Source: Spirochaetia bacterium
Lineage (GTDB): Bacteria; Spirochaetota; Spirochaetia; DSM-2461
Assembly: GCA_963668315.1 (NCBI GenBank)
Contig: OY764216.1
Coordinates: forward strand, 2,080,001 to 2,144,000
Reading direction: 5' to 3'
Length of the DNA: 64,000 bases
The translations under genes were made by a program, and so were the position numbers. Positions 30,586-40,432 of this stretch are shown one piece after another; within the stretch, counting starts at the first letter, position 1; every line of letters begins with the position of its first letter. The notes beneath the pieces were generated by a model. That model saw only the letters and a list, made by a program, of their open reading frames with translations. It was not told where the DNA came from and searched no databases.

Positions 30586-31824
30586 ATGTTTTTCCATAAT
30601 ACAACTAAAAGCTTATTTCTGATTATGACATTATGTTTTGCTTTTTACCTGGGGGCGGAGCAGATCGAGACGATAAATATAAGCGGTCTGAAAAGAACCC
30701 AGGATGAGACATTGCTTTCCATTATCGGCGTAAAACCGGGCGACGGGGTCACACCCGGCCTGACCGAGGCGATTGAGCAGAAAATGAGAAAAGCCGGTAT
30801 TTTTCAGGAAGAGATTACCGTGGAACTGGTTCCGGGAAGGGAAGGTCAAATCCTGAATATTACGGCCTATGATCAGTGGACCCTCATCGGTATTCCCTTC
30901 TTCGCCGTCTCTTCGGGCAATATGATGGGCGGAGCCTTTCTGATGGATTCCAATCTCAGGGGGAAGGGGAATCTCTTTGTCTCTTCCGTAATGCTCGGTC
31001 AGAACGGGGATGCCCAGGCTTTTCTTCTCTTCCGTGATCCCACTTTCAGGGATTCGGATATTTCTCTGAACGGCCGGATTTCCGGCGGGCGGACAACCGA
31101 TACCTATACCAGTCTGGACGAAAAGGACACATGGGAGGATTTTTCCTCCCCCTTCTTCAATCTGGGGACGACGGCGGGCTATGATCTCAATGACAGCCTT
31201 TCTCTGCGCCTGGGAGCGGACGGGATATACAGGCAGCTGGAGAAAGGCGATCTTCTTCCCCCGGGGGGAGAGGACAGCATGGTCGAACTGACCCTGAATG
31301 CCGGTATTTCCTATGACGGGACAACGGTCTTTCCCCTTTTCTACAAAGGAATCGGTGCCAGCATCAGCAGCGATATGAACTGGGTCCCCGGCGATGTTCC
31401 CACCTGGGCTCTATCGGGCGAAGCACGGGCCGGATGGCTGGTCGGAAATTTTCTCCATCTGCAGTTAGCCGGTAAGGGGGGAGTGACGGATAATCCCTAC
31501 TACTCCCTTTTCCAGCTGGGTGGCTCCACGGGAAGCATGACCCTGCCTGTCCGTCAGATCGCTTCCGACAGGTACCTTAACGGTGAATTCAAGAGTGAAA
31601 TACGTGTGGTTAAGTTCAGTCTCGGTTATCTGACGGCTCCTCTTTTTTACGAGGGGGGATATTTTCAGGACTACCGGGAAGAAGCCCAGTTCTACCAGGG
31701 CGTAGGGGGAGGATTCCGGTTCTATCTGGACAGGATAGCCCTGCCGGCCATGGGATTGGATTACCGCTATTGCCTGACCACCGATACGGGGGGCGTCAGT
31801 TTTTTTATGGGTATGTCCTACTAA
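30586..31824 (+). CDS. POTRA-containing outer-membrane beta-barrel (small Omp85-like)
   Basis: Signal peptide, IETINISGLKRT POTRA, DSNLRGKG, GVGGGFRFYL and a C-terminal aromatic residue. Confidence 0.65.
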   Translation: MFFHNTTKSLFLIMTLCFAFYLGAEQIETINISGLKRTQDETLLSIIGVKPGDGVTPGLTEAIEQKMRKAGIFQEEITVELVPGREGQILNITAYDQWTLIGIPFFAVSSGNMMGGAFLMDSNLRGKGNLFVSSVMLGQNGDAQAFLLFRDPTFRDSDISLNGRISGGRTTDTYTSLDEKDTWEDFSSPFFNLGTTAGYDLNDSLSLRLGADGIYRQLEKGDLLPPGGEDSMVELTLNAGISYDGTTVFPLFYKGIGASISSDMNWVPGDVPTWALSGEARAGWLVGNFLHLQLAGKGGVTDNPYYSLFQLGGSTGSMTLPVRQIASDRYLNGEFKSEIRVVKFSLGYLTAPLFYEGGYFQDYREEAQFYQGVGGGFRFYLDRIALPAMGLDYRYCLTTDTGGVSFFMGMSY

Positions 31825-31836
31825 GGGGAGACAGCG

Positions 31837-33399
31837 TTGGGGTATAAGGAAATTCAGATTAATCTGCCGGTAGAACTCTTTGATGAAGAGATGAACCGGC
31901 GGATTCTCAGGAAGGTGGGTGTACGTTCGGGGAGGATTTCCCTTTTGAAAAAAAGCCTCGATTCCCGCAGGAAGAACCAGATTGTGTGGAATATCCGGGC
32001 GGGTATTCTCTCCGATGAACTGACCGGCGGTGATCCGCCCCCTCCGCCCCGTGCCGCCATGGAGAAGATCCTGAAGGATCATTTCCGTCCTGACCGGAAG
32101 GAGAGGGTTATCATCGTCGGTTCCGGTCCGGCGGGAATATTTGCCGGTCTGGCCCTCTTGCGCCTCGGGTTTCCCGTTACTCTTATCGAACGGGGCGTTC
32201 CCGTGGAAGAGCGGGCCGAGCAGATCCGTACCTTCGAGCAGGGCGGCCCCCTTTCCCTCAGGGGGAACTATCTTTTCGGCGAAGGCGGTGCCGGTACATT
32301 CTCCGACGGGAAACTGACTTCGAGAACGAAAAGGATCGTCGCCGAAAGGGACTGGATCCATTCCCTTTATGTTTCCATGGGAGGGCCCGAGGAGATCCTC
32401 TGGTCCACCCATCCTCACCTGGGAAGCGACCGGCTGTTCACCATCGCTCAGAACATGAGGAATCTGTTCAGAGAATGGGGCGGAGAGATTGAATTTGAAA
32501 CCATGATGACCGGTCTGAAATACTCCGCGGGACATATCTCCGCGCTGGAAACAGACAGGGGAGATCGGGAAGGGCAGTACTTTCTTCTGGCTCCCGGTCA
32601 TTCCGCCCGGGAAACTTACCGTATGCTAATCGGTGCCGGCGTTCCATTCCGGGGGAAGAATTTCGCCCTGGGATTCCGCATGGAGCACCGGCAGGAAGAT
32701 ATCAATATGACCCAATGGGGGTGTAAGCATCTTCCCGGGGTAAAGGGGGCGGAATACCGGCTGACCCACAAGACCGAGTCGGGCGTTCCGGTTTATACCT
32801 TCTGCATGTGCCCCGGCGGGCAGGTCGTTCCCTCCACCCCCTACCGGGAGAACAATCTGGTGAACGGCATGAGTTCCTACGGCCGGGACGGGGTATTCGC
32901 CAATGCGGCCCTTGTCGCCGGCATCGGCCCCGATGAAATAGCCGGAGGGGAGTCTGATCCCCTGGCCGTGCTGGACTGGCTGGAAGAGAGAGAAATCCGT
33001 TTCAAAGAGATTGTCCCCGCCTATGAAGCCCCCGCCTGTACCATCGATGCCTTTCTCAGGGGAAAGACCGCTCTGGCGCCTAAGAGCAGTTATCCCCTGG
33101 GCTTGGTCGAGTGGGATCTGGCTTCGGAACTCCCCGCGGTCCAGGCGGATGCCATCCGTGAGGGACTGGCTTCCTTTGTCTCCCGCATGCCCCTGTTCGG
33201 TCAGGGACAGCTGATGGGCTTGGAGAGCAAGACATCCGCCCCCATACAGGTTCTGAGGGACGGGGAAGGACGGCCCGAAGGTTGGGAAAACCTCTGGATC
33301 TGCGGAGAAGGAAGCGGATGGGCGGGAGGCATTATAAGTTCCGCCGCCGACGGCATTAAGGGGGCCTTGTCTCTCTTGAATGTTGACAGCTCAACATGA
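31837..33399 (+). CDS. Uncharacterised FAD-dependent dehydrogenase
   Basis: IVGSGPAG, FGEGGAGTFSDGKL, TFCMCPGG, GEGSGWAGGIISSA. Confidence 0.88.
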   Translation: MGYKEIQINLPVELFDEEMNRRILRKVGVRSGRISLLKKSLDSRRKNQIVWNIRAGILSDELTGGDPPPPPRAAMEKILKDHFRPDRKERVIIVGSGPAGIFAGLALLRLGFPVTLIERGVPVEERAEQIRTFEQGGPLSLRGNYLFGEGGAGTFSDGKLTSRTKRIVAERDWIHSLYVSMGGPEEILWSTHPHLGSDRLFTIAQNMRNLFREWGGEIEFETMMTGLKYSAGHISALETDRGDREGQYFLLAPGHSARETYRMLIGAGVPFRGKNFALGFRMEHRQEDINMTQWGCKHLPGVKGAEYRLTHKTESGVPVYTFCMCPGGQVVPSTPYRENNLVNGMSSYGRDGVFANAALVAGIGPDEIAGGESDPLAVLDWLEEREIRFKEIVPAYEAPACTIDAFLRGKTALAPKSSYPLGLVEWDLASELPAVQADAIREGLASFVSRMPLFGQGQLMGLESKTSAPIQVLRDGEGRPEGWENLWICGEGSGWAGGIISSAADGIKGALSLLNVDSST

Positions 33400-33411
33400 T
33401 TCTGCTAGCCT
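33383..33411 (+). promoter_or_regulatory. Putative sigma70 promoter of the LCP gene
   Basis: TTGACA-N17-TAGCCT with TG extension. Confidence 0.45.
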
Positions 33412-33426
33412 CTTGGCGGAGGCTCC

Positions 33427-35346
33427 ATGTACGGCGATAATCAAAATCTCATGCTGGGGGGAATCGGACTGGTCCTGGTCCTGATTCTCGGTACCCTGTC
33501 CGTTGTTTCTCTTGCAAAAATTCACCATCTGGAAGAGTCTCTCGCTCTGGCCTCCGCCGGTAAAACGGAAATCACCCCGCCGGTGAAAACGGTGGGGAAA
33601 GCCCCCTCTCCGACGGTAGAGGACGATGATGAGGTTTTCTACCGGGCTCTTGATCTGTGGGAACAGAAAGAAGAGGCGACAGAAGCCGCCCGAACCGTCG
33701 GGACGGAACTTACGGAGCAGAACTGGGACTTCCTGAACGAGTGGGGACTGACCCTGACCGAAAGTTCATCCCTCTATGCCTGGACGCTGAACCGCAGCGG
33801 CGGGGCGGGGGAAAACCCGCTCTTTTCTCTGGAATACGGGAACGGCGAATGGTCTCTGAAGGCCGAAGGAGGAGACTCCTTTTCCTTTACCAGGGTAAAC
33901 GGCCGGACGGAGGAATTTATCCGGAAGGAGATGGAAAAACGGGAGCGTCTCAAGTCACTGGAGGACCGGAGCGTCCGGATTTTCCATGAGCTCATGGCCG
34001 ACGGGGAACTGAAAGCCCTGGCGGCAAGAAAAGGCTGCCGCCTCTCGGAGACAAGGGAAGGGGAGGACCTTCGCGGTCTTGCCGTCCTGACGGAAAAAGA
34101 CGGGAGAGCCGTTGTATCGGCCCTCTGGAACGGCGAGTCCCTTACTCTGAACGGGGAAGACTTCACCGATAATCCGGAGGATCTCTCCGGGGCTTTTCAG
34201 AAGGCCCTGTCCGGAGCCGATACCCGGAGCGATGAGGAGATTCTCCTTTCCCGGGGCCTTGAGAGAATCCGCCGTTTGTACGGGGACAAGAAGTTTACCT
34301 CCCGGCTGGAAAAAATGGGGCTCTCTCCCCGGTATCTGGAAAGGGAGGATGCCGATTTCGTCTATCTGGATCTCACGGATGAGCAGGGCGAACTTCGAGC
34401 TTCCTTCGGTGTGAAGAGATACACCGGCAGGATTCATATTCTGGACAGTCAGGGAATTTCTCTGGCCTCCCTCGATTCCCTTCAATCCGCCGATATCCCC
34501 TTGCCTGAGAACCTGGCCGATCTGGACCAGGCCTATGAAGACGGAGACAGTTTTAACGTTCTTATCGTGGGCTACCATAACCAGGGCACCGACACGATGA
34601 TCCTGGCCCATGTGAATCGGGAGTCGGAAAAGGTGTCCCTCATCAGCATCCCCCGCGATCTCTGGTGGGAAGGGCATAAGCTCAATTCCTATTTCTTCGG
34701 ATCGGGCAAAGAGGATTTTCTTGATGTCATGACCAGGGTCTCCGGGCTTAAGGTCGATTACTACCTGTCGGTGGATATGTATGCCTTCATCGACCTGGTC
34801 AATGCACTGGGGGGGATCGACGTAACTCTGGAACAGGAAGTCCGCGATCCCACTTACAAAATCATCCGGGAAAACGGTTCCGCCGGAACTCTCTATTATC
34901 CTCCGGGAACCTACCATCTGAACGGTGTGGAGGCATTGCGCCTGGCCCGGTCACGCCACGGCAGCTCCGATTTTGAAAGGAGTCTTCTCCAGCAGAAAAT
35001 CCTCTCCGCTCTCCGTACCCGGGCGGAAGAGATCTCCCTGGGGGATATAGGCCTTTTCAAATCCTTTCTGTCCATCGCCTCCCGGCAGACGCAGACGAAT
35101 ATGTCCCTTCCCTTCATGGTGAGCCATTTTCTGAAAATGAAAGATTATGAGTGGGACGGGGGACATAATCTGAATGACGAGACTTTGCTGTATAATACCT
35201 ATACGGAATATCTGAATCTTACACCGTCGGAACTCTCGGCGGCCCGGGAACGGGAGGATTTCTCCAGGGGACAGTGGATTCTTCTTCCCCTGGGACAGAA
35301 CTGGGACCTCATTAAGACAAGAGTCAGGCAGATAATCGGAGGCTGA
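33427..35346 (+). CDS. LytR-CpsA-Psr (LCP) family protein with long N-terminal region
   Basis: TM anchor; TDTMIL, ISIPRDL, KLNS, ALRLARSR, SDFERS. Confidence 0.88.
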   Translation: MYGDNQNLMLGGIGLVLVLILGTLSVVSLAKIHHLEESLALASAGKTEITPPVKTVGKAPSPTVEDDDEVFYRALDLWEQKEEATEAARTVGTELTEQNWDFLNEWGLTLTESSSLYAWTLNRSGGAGENPLFSLEYGNGEWSLKAEGGDSFSFTRVNGRTEEFIRKEMEKRERLKSLEDRSVRIFHELMADGELKALAARKGCRLSETREGEDLRGLAVLTEKDGRAVVSALWNGESLTLNGEDFTDNPEDLSGAFQKALSGADTRSDEEILLSRGLERIRRLYGDKKFTSRLEKMGLSPRYLEREDADFVYLDLTDEQGELRASFGVKRYTGRIHILDSQGISLASLDSLQSADIPLPENLADLDQAYEDGDSFNVLIVGYHNQGTDTMILAHVNRESEKVSLISIPRDLWWEGHKLNSYFFGSGKEDFLDVMTRVSGLKVDYYLSVDMYAFIDLVNALGGIDVTLEQEVRDPTYKIIRENGSAGTLYYPPGTYHLNGVEALRLARSRHGSSDFERSLLQQKILSALRTRAEEISLGDIGLFKSFLSIASRQTQTNMSLPFMVSHFLKMKDYEWDGGHNLNDETLLYNTYTEYLNLTPSELSAAREREDFSRGQWILLPLGQNWDLIKTRVRQIIGG

Positions 35347-36105
35347 TCAGAGCAGGGCGGAAAGTTTATCGCTCTCTTCGAGAAGGGCGGCGATAATACT
35401 CCTTTTCTTCTCTTCGTCCAGGCGAAAGCGGGGCTGGGACACGCTCAGTCCGGCGATGACGGCGCCCGTATGGTTGCGCACGGGCACGGCCAGGCAGTAG
35501 ATACGGTCCTCATGCTCTTCCCTGTCCACGGCGAACCCGTCCTGTCGGATGCGCTCCATCTCCCGGAAAAAGTCTTCCTCGTTGGTCAGGGTATGTTCCG
35601 TATAGGGCGTCCAGTCATAACCCTTGAGTATTTTCTCCAGCCTTTCCTTCGGCTCCCAGGCCGAAAGGACTTTCCCGATTCCCGTACAGTGGAGGGGAGC
35701 CGATCGTCCGATGCCCGAACGCATCTGCAGGGAAAAGCGGGAATCAATTTTATCGATATAGATGATTTTCGCATCGTCCCTGATTGCCAGGTGGACCGTC
35801 TCGTGAGAGATATCCGACAGGCGTTCCAGGAAGGGGTGGGCCATCTTTATCAGGTCCTGATGCTCCAGGGCGCTGGAGCCCAGCTGGAAGAGTTTCATGG
35901 TCAGGAGAAAGCCTTCATCCCCCGGGAGAGACTGAACATAACCCAGATCTTTGAGAGTCTGCATGAAGCGGAAGGCCGTAGCCTTGGCTATGCCCGTTTC
36001 CCTGGCCAGTTCCGAGAGTCCCATATCGGGATTCTTCCCGATTTTCTCCAGCAGAGTAAAGGTGCGGAGAACCGCTTTAACCTGTCCTTTGTCATCACTT
36101 TCCAT
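35347..36105 (-). CDS. IclR-family transcriptional regulator (KdgR-like)
   Basis: N-terminal HTH (KATAFRFMQTL), ETVHLA, PLHCTGIGK. Confidence 0.9.
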   Translation of the reverse strand: MESDDKGQVKAVLRTFTLLEKIGKNPDMGLSELARETGIAKATAFRFMQTLKDLGYVQSLPGDEGFLLTMKLFQLGSSALEHQDLIKMAHPFLERLSDISHETVHLAIRDDAKIIYIDKIDSRFSLQMRSGIGRSAPLHCTGIGKVLSAWEPKERLEKILKGYDWTPYTEHTLTNEEDFFREMERIRQDGFAVDREEHEDRIYCLAVPVRNHTGAVIAGLSVSQPRFRLDEEKKRSIIAALLEESDKLSALL

Positions 36106-36139
36106 TGCCTGTCTATGGTATAGGGAGGAGCGATTTTTG

Positions 36140-36763
36140 TCAGCCCCCTTTTTGAGGGTCCCATCGGAAAATAAGGAAGTTGTCCTCAGTAAGAGAGCCG
36201 TCCGGCTCCCGGTAGGGTTCGACGGCAGAGTAAACGGGAATGAAGCGGTCTTTGGTAAAGAGAGCGGTTATCCATTCCTTGGTAAAGTAATTAAAAAAAA
36301 TCTCCCCGTCGGAGAAACTCGTTGTCTCGTATCCCGGGGTTTTGCCCGACATGAAGCTGATGTAGACAAGACCTTCAGGATTCAGAAGAGAGCCAAGACG
36401 GCTGATCAGGGTTTCAACTTCTTCATCGGGAAGGTGGACGATAATGAAGGAGAGGCAGACTCCGTCAAACCGCTCCGATGGTTGGTATTCCTGAATCGAA
36501 CTTCTGGAAAAGGAACCGCTCGGACAATTCTCCCTGGCAATGGTGAGCATGGCTTCGGAGAAATCAAAACCATGCACTTCAAAGCCGGCCCGGGAAAACT
36601 CTCCCGCGTTCACTCCTGTTCCGCAACCCATATCCAGAACTCTGGCCCGGGCCGGCAGTTCTTCTATGTAATGCCCTATCTGTCTCCGGTAGGGATTGTA
36701 CTGTGAGAACTTTTTGTTGTATTTATCCGCGGAGCTCTCATAGGATTCCCAGGTCCTGTTCAC
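36140..36763 (-). CDS. Class I SAM-dependent methyltransferase
   Basis: VLDMGCGTG, GFDFSEAML; GTG start overlapping the dapF stop. Confidence 0.85.
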   Translation of the reverse strand: MNRTWESYESSADKYNKKFSQYNPYRRQIGHYIEELPARARVLDMGCGTGVNAGEFSRAGFEVHGFDFSEAMLTIARENCPSGSFSRSSIQEYQPSERFDGVCLSFIIVHLPDEEVETLISRLGSLLNPEGLVYISFMSGKTPGYETTSFSDGEIFFNYFTKEWITALFTKDRFIPVYSAVEPYREPDGSLTEDNFLIFRWDPQKGG

Positions 36764-37581
36764 AGTTCGGCCGTTCCCCGGTAGATCAGTTCCGCCGGTC
36801 CGGTTTTCATTACCCGGCCGTCCTCCGTCCGTTCCAGGGTCAGGTCGCCTCCGCGCATGTGGCATAGCAGGGATTTCCCCGTCCGTCCCGATTCGCTGGC
36901 GGCGGCGCACACCGCGGCGGATCCCGTTCCGCAGGCCATGGTCTCGCCGCATCCCCTTTCCCAGACACGGACTTCCGCCTCGTCCGGTCCGATTATCCGG
37001 GTGAACTCCACATTGCACCGGTCGGGAAAAAGAGGGTGATGCTCGAGAAGGGGGCCCAGGGTGAGCACATTCGCATCGCTTAAATCGTCGGTGAAGTAGA
37101 CACAGTGGGGATTGCCCATGGAAACGGCACAGATGGAAATCTTTTTCCCGTTGACGGTTATCTCCCTGTCTATGACGGGGGAGCCTTCGAGTTTAACCGG
37201 GACATCCTCGGGATTCCAGCGGATCTTTCCCAGATCGGCCCTCACCCGGTAGGTTCGGCCCCGTTCCAGAATCTCCACTCTCTTCAGACCGTCCTCCGTA
37301 TCAATATCCACCGTGTCTTCCCTTATATAGCCTTTCCCGTCCAGGTAGAGCGCCGTACAGCGGAGGGCGTTCCCGCACATGCCCGCCAGGGTGCCGTCGG
37401 CGTTCCATATCTCCATGGTCCAGTTCTCCCGGCGGGATATGTTGACGACACCGTCGGCTCCCGCTCCGAATCGGCGGGCGCAGAGTCTTCGGATCTCTTC
37501 GGGCGAGAGGGACATTTTCTCCTGTTCTATGAAAATAAAGTCGTTTCCCGCTCCGGCCAGTTTGGTGAAATTCAGTTCCAT
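36760..37581 (-). CDS. dapF: Diaminopimelate epimerase
   Basis: GAGNDF, MCGNA, MGNPH, ERGCGETMACGTG. Confidence 0.95.
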   Translation of the reverse strand: MELNFTKLAGAGNDFIFIEQEKMSLSPEEIRRLCARRFGAGADGVVNISRRENWTMEIWNADGTLAGMCGNALRCTALYLDGKGYIREDTVDIDTEDGLKRVEILERGRTYRVRADLGKIRWNPEDVPVKLEGSPVIDREITVNGKKISICAVSMGNPHCVYFTDDLSDANVLTLGPLLEHHPLFPDRCNVEFTRIIGPDEAEVRVWERGCGETMACGTGSAAVCAAASESGRTGKSLLCHMRGGDLTLERTEDGRVMKTGPAELIYRGTAEL

Positions 37582-38840
37582 AAGGTTTCCTCCCGTATCA
37601 GCTGAGCCAGTTCTGCCGGCGTGCGTCTTTTTCTGATGAGCCGGTCGTTTCCGTCCTTTTCCAGAAGCACTTCGGCGGGGAGGGGACGCATGTTATACTC
37701 CGATCCCATGGCGTAGCAGTAGGCCCCGCTGTTGAGAAGGGCCAGATAGTCCCCCTCGCGGATTTCTGCTACCTCCCTGTCACGGGCAAAAAGGTCTCCC
37801 GATTCGCAGATATTGCCGGCGATATCGTAAATATGGGGCTGCCCTTCCGGATGGGACAGATTGATGATGCTGTGATAGGCCCCGTACAGAAGGGGGCGGA
37901 TCAGGTGGGGAAATCCCGAGTCTGTTCCGGCGATCAGGCGGTCCCGGTTCTTCTTGAGAGTATTCACCCGGACAATGAAAATCCCCCCTTCGGCGGTAAC
38001 GAATTTCCCAGGCTCGAAGTAGAGGGAGAGATCCCGGCCGTACACCTTCCGGAAGTTCTCGAACCGTTCGGCCAGGGCCTTCCCGAAGGCGTCATAATCC
38101 ACGGGGATCTCCTCTTCCTGGTAAGGAACTTTGAACCCCCCTCCGCAGTCGATGAACCGGAGGTCGGGGAACAGACCGCTGCCTGCGACGGAAAGGAGGT
38201 TGTCCATACTCTGGAGGAAGAGGGCCGTATCGGCGATACCGCTGCCCGTGTGCTTATGGAGTCCCACCACGGTAAGACCGTACCGATCGGTGATCTCCTT
38301 CACCCGGGGAGCCTCCTCCATAAGGATGCCGAACTTGGTCAGCTTGCCTCCCGTCTGAATCTCTTTGAACTCTCCGGCCACCACGTCCGGATTGAATCGG
38401 AGGCACACGGAGGAACGGGGGTGGGCTTTGCCGAATTTCTCCAGCCGGGAGAGGGATCCGATATTCATGGTCACTCCCGTCTCCGCCACTCTGTCCATCT
38501 CCCCATCGGTGATATGGTTGGCCGTATAGATGATTCTGTCCGGAGTGAATCCGCAGGAAAGAGCCAGATGGACTTCCCCTTCGCTTACCGCATCTATTCC
38601 CATCCCCCCTTTCCGGATGATATTCAGAAGATGGGGGTTGTTGTTGGCCTTCATGGCATAGAAGAATTTCAGGTTATTCAGAGGAATCCTTTTATGCAGC
38701 TCTTCGACTCTTCCGGCAATCCAGGCTTCATCATAGAGATAAAGGGGAGTGCCGTATTTTGCGGCCAGGGATGTCAGCTCCCTGCCGGCCATACAGACTT
38801 CTCCGTTCTTCTCTTCCAGACTGTTTCTTAAGTTATTCAT
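37572..38840 (-). CDS. lysA: Diaminopimelate decarboxylase
   Basis: YGTPLY, YAMKAN (PLP Lys), EPGKF, GNICESGD. Confidence 0.93.
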   Translation of the reverse strand: MNNLRNSLEEKNGEVCMAGRELTSLAAKYGTPLYLYDEAWIAGRVEELHKRIPLNNLKFFYAMKANNNPHLLNIIRKGGMGIDAVSEGEVHLALSCGFTPDRIIYTANHITDGEMDRVAETGVTMNIGSLSRLEKFGKAHPRSSVCLRFNPDVVAGEFKEIQTGGKLTKFGILMEEAPRVKEITDRYGLTVVGLHKHTGSGIADTALFLQSMDNLLSVAGSGLFPDLRFIDCGGGFKVPYQEEEIPVDYDAFGKALAERFENFRKVYGRDLSLYFEPGKFVTAEGGIFIVRVNTLKKNRDRLIAGTDSGFPHLIRPLLYGAYHSIINLSHPEGQPHIYDIAGNICESGDLFARDREVAEIREGDYLALLNSGAYCYAMGSEYNMRPLPAEVLLEKDGNDRLIRKRRTPAELAQLIREETLWN

Positions 38841-38868
38841 AAATACTCCTTTACGTTGCCATACACAA

Positions 38869-39351
38869 TTATTTCTCTCCGCTCTCATCTATCCGCTCCA
38901 GGGCAGAGAAGAGGATCTCCGTGGAGGTCATTACCTCCCTGACATGTCCCCGGGGCAGAAGGGATATGAGCTTGCCGTAGTAGGACTCCCTTCCGGCCTT
39001 TACCGCTTCGGCGGTAAAACGACCCCGGTCTGTCAGGGATACATGCTGAATGCGCTTATCCTCGCCATAGGTGTGGGTTTCTACCAGAAGACTGCTCTTG
39101 AGAGGAACAATCAGACGTGTCACACTGCTCTTCTCCAGATGCATTCGTTCTCCTATTTCTCCCATGGTAAGCCTCTTTTCCTTGAGAAGCAGGGTCAGAA
39201 GAAAGGACTGGGAGCCGGTAAAGCCTGTTTCCTTTCTCTGTTCCCTCTCCATGATCTGAAATATCTGAGATGTCCTCTGCAGCAATGCGGCAATATCGGT
39301 GAGGCATTTTTCATATTTGCTCTGATCGTTGTAATCGCCTTCCTGATTCAT
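38869..39351 (-). CDS. MarR-family transcriptional regulator
   Basis: LEKSSVTRL, EDKR...VSLTDRG winged helix. Confidence 0.88.
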   Translation of the reverse strand: MNQEGDYNDQSKYEKCLTDIAALLQRTSQIFQIMEREQRKETGFTGSQSFLLTLLLKEKRLTMGEIGERMHLEKSSVTRLIVPLKSSLLVETHTYGEDKRIQHVSLTDRGRFTAEAVKAGRESYYGKLISLLPRGHVREVMTSTEILFSALERIDESGEK

Positions 39352-39356
39352 ATAAA

Positions 39357-39388
39357 GTTGTATAACACAACAAAAGATAGTTTGTCAA
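39357..39388 (-). promoter_or_regulatory. Putative marR promoter with overlapping inverted repeat
   Basis: Minus-strand TTGACA (39383-39388) and TG-extended TATACA (39359-39364); GTTGT-N5-ACAAC at 39357-39371. Confidence 0.5.
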
Positions 39389-39442
39389 GCCTTACTTTCG
39401 GGGTTTCCCTCCCATGGCGATCCTGATACAATAGGGGAGGAT

Positions 39443-40432
39443 ATGGGCATAGAGGAATCTCCGGTGGTGGACGTATATGAATCAGGTAAACTCATCAGAG
39501 CAGGAGCTGAGAGAGAGGGCTTTTCCCGCCTGAGGATACTCTCTCCTCTCCCCTGCTGGAACTTTACAGGTCACGTGGATATGCCCTTTCCCGAGAATGC
39601 CCGTTCGGCCTGTCTGCTCTTCTACCCCTATGACAGGAGTGGAGGTCCCGGCGTGCTGGCGCCCTTTGCCCGGAGCAATTACTACGCCGAAGCGGTGGCC
39701 CGGCTCAAGAAAATCGTCTCGGAACTGAGGAGGAAAACGGGATTCTCCAAGGAGGATTTCCGTATTTTCTGCAACTCCCGTTTTCCCGAGAAACAGATGG
39801 CCTGGCACTGCGGGCTGGGGTATTTCGGGCGGAACAGCCTCCTCATCACGCCGGAGTACGGCTCTCTGGGTATTATTGCCGGATTTTTTCTTCCCTTTGA
39901 GCTGGAGGGGGAGTCTCCCCTTGAGAATACCCCCTATGAACACTGCGGCTCCTGCCGGCAGTGCGCCTTATCCTGTCCGGGAAAAGCCGTAAAGGATGGG
40001 GGGGGAATCGACAGGCTCCTCTGCTATCAGTACCTCTCCACCGCTTCCGTCGTTCTGCCCCGTGACGTGACATCCCGGTGGAATATTCTCTACGGCTGCC
40101 AGATATGTCAGGATGTCTGCCCGAAAAACAGGAAGAAACCGGAAGGAAATCCCCCCGGGAGAGGGCTTTTGGGAGAGGAGCCCGATCTGAAATTCATACT
40201 GGACGCTACCGAGGAGGAACTCCGGTTGTTCCTGAAAGGTTCCGCCCTGTCCCAGTCATGGATCAAGCCGGTCCTGCTGAAGAGAAATGCTCTGATCTGT
40301 CTCTGGCAGAGGGGGACCCGGGAGGAGAGGGACGCCCTGACAGAGGCCTACCTGAAGCATCCCGACGGGATACTGGCAGGCACGGCCTCCTGTCTGCGGG
40401 ATCTTTCTAGTACATCCCTTCCACGGCTCTGA
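39443..40432 (+). CDS. queG: Epoxyqueuosine reductase-like 4Fe-4S protein
   Basis: EKQMAWHCGLGYFGRNSLLI, CGSCRQCALSCP, YGCQICQDVCP, HEAT-like tail. Confidence 0.8.
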   Translation: MGIEESPVVDVYESGKLIRAGAEREGFSRLRILSPLPCWNFTGHVDMPFPENARSACLLFYPYDRSGGPGVLAPFARSNYYAEAVARLKKIVSELRRKTGFSKEDFRIFCNSRFPEKQMAWHCGLGYFGRNSLLITPEYGSLGIIAGFFLPFELEGESPLENTPYEHCGSCRQCALSCPGKAVKDGGGIDRLLCYQYLSTASVVLPRDVTSRWNILYGCQICQDVCPKNRKKPEGNPPGRGLLGEEPDLKFILDATEEELRLFLKGSALSQSWIKPVLLKRNALICLWQRGTREERDALTEAYLKHPDGILAGTASCLRDLSSTSLPRL

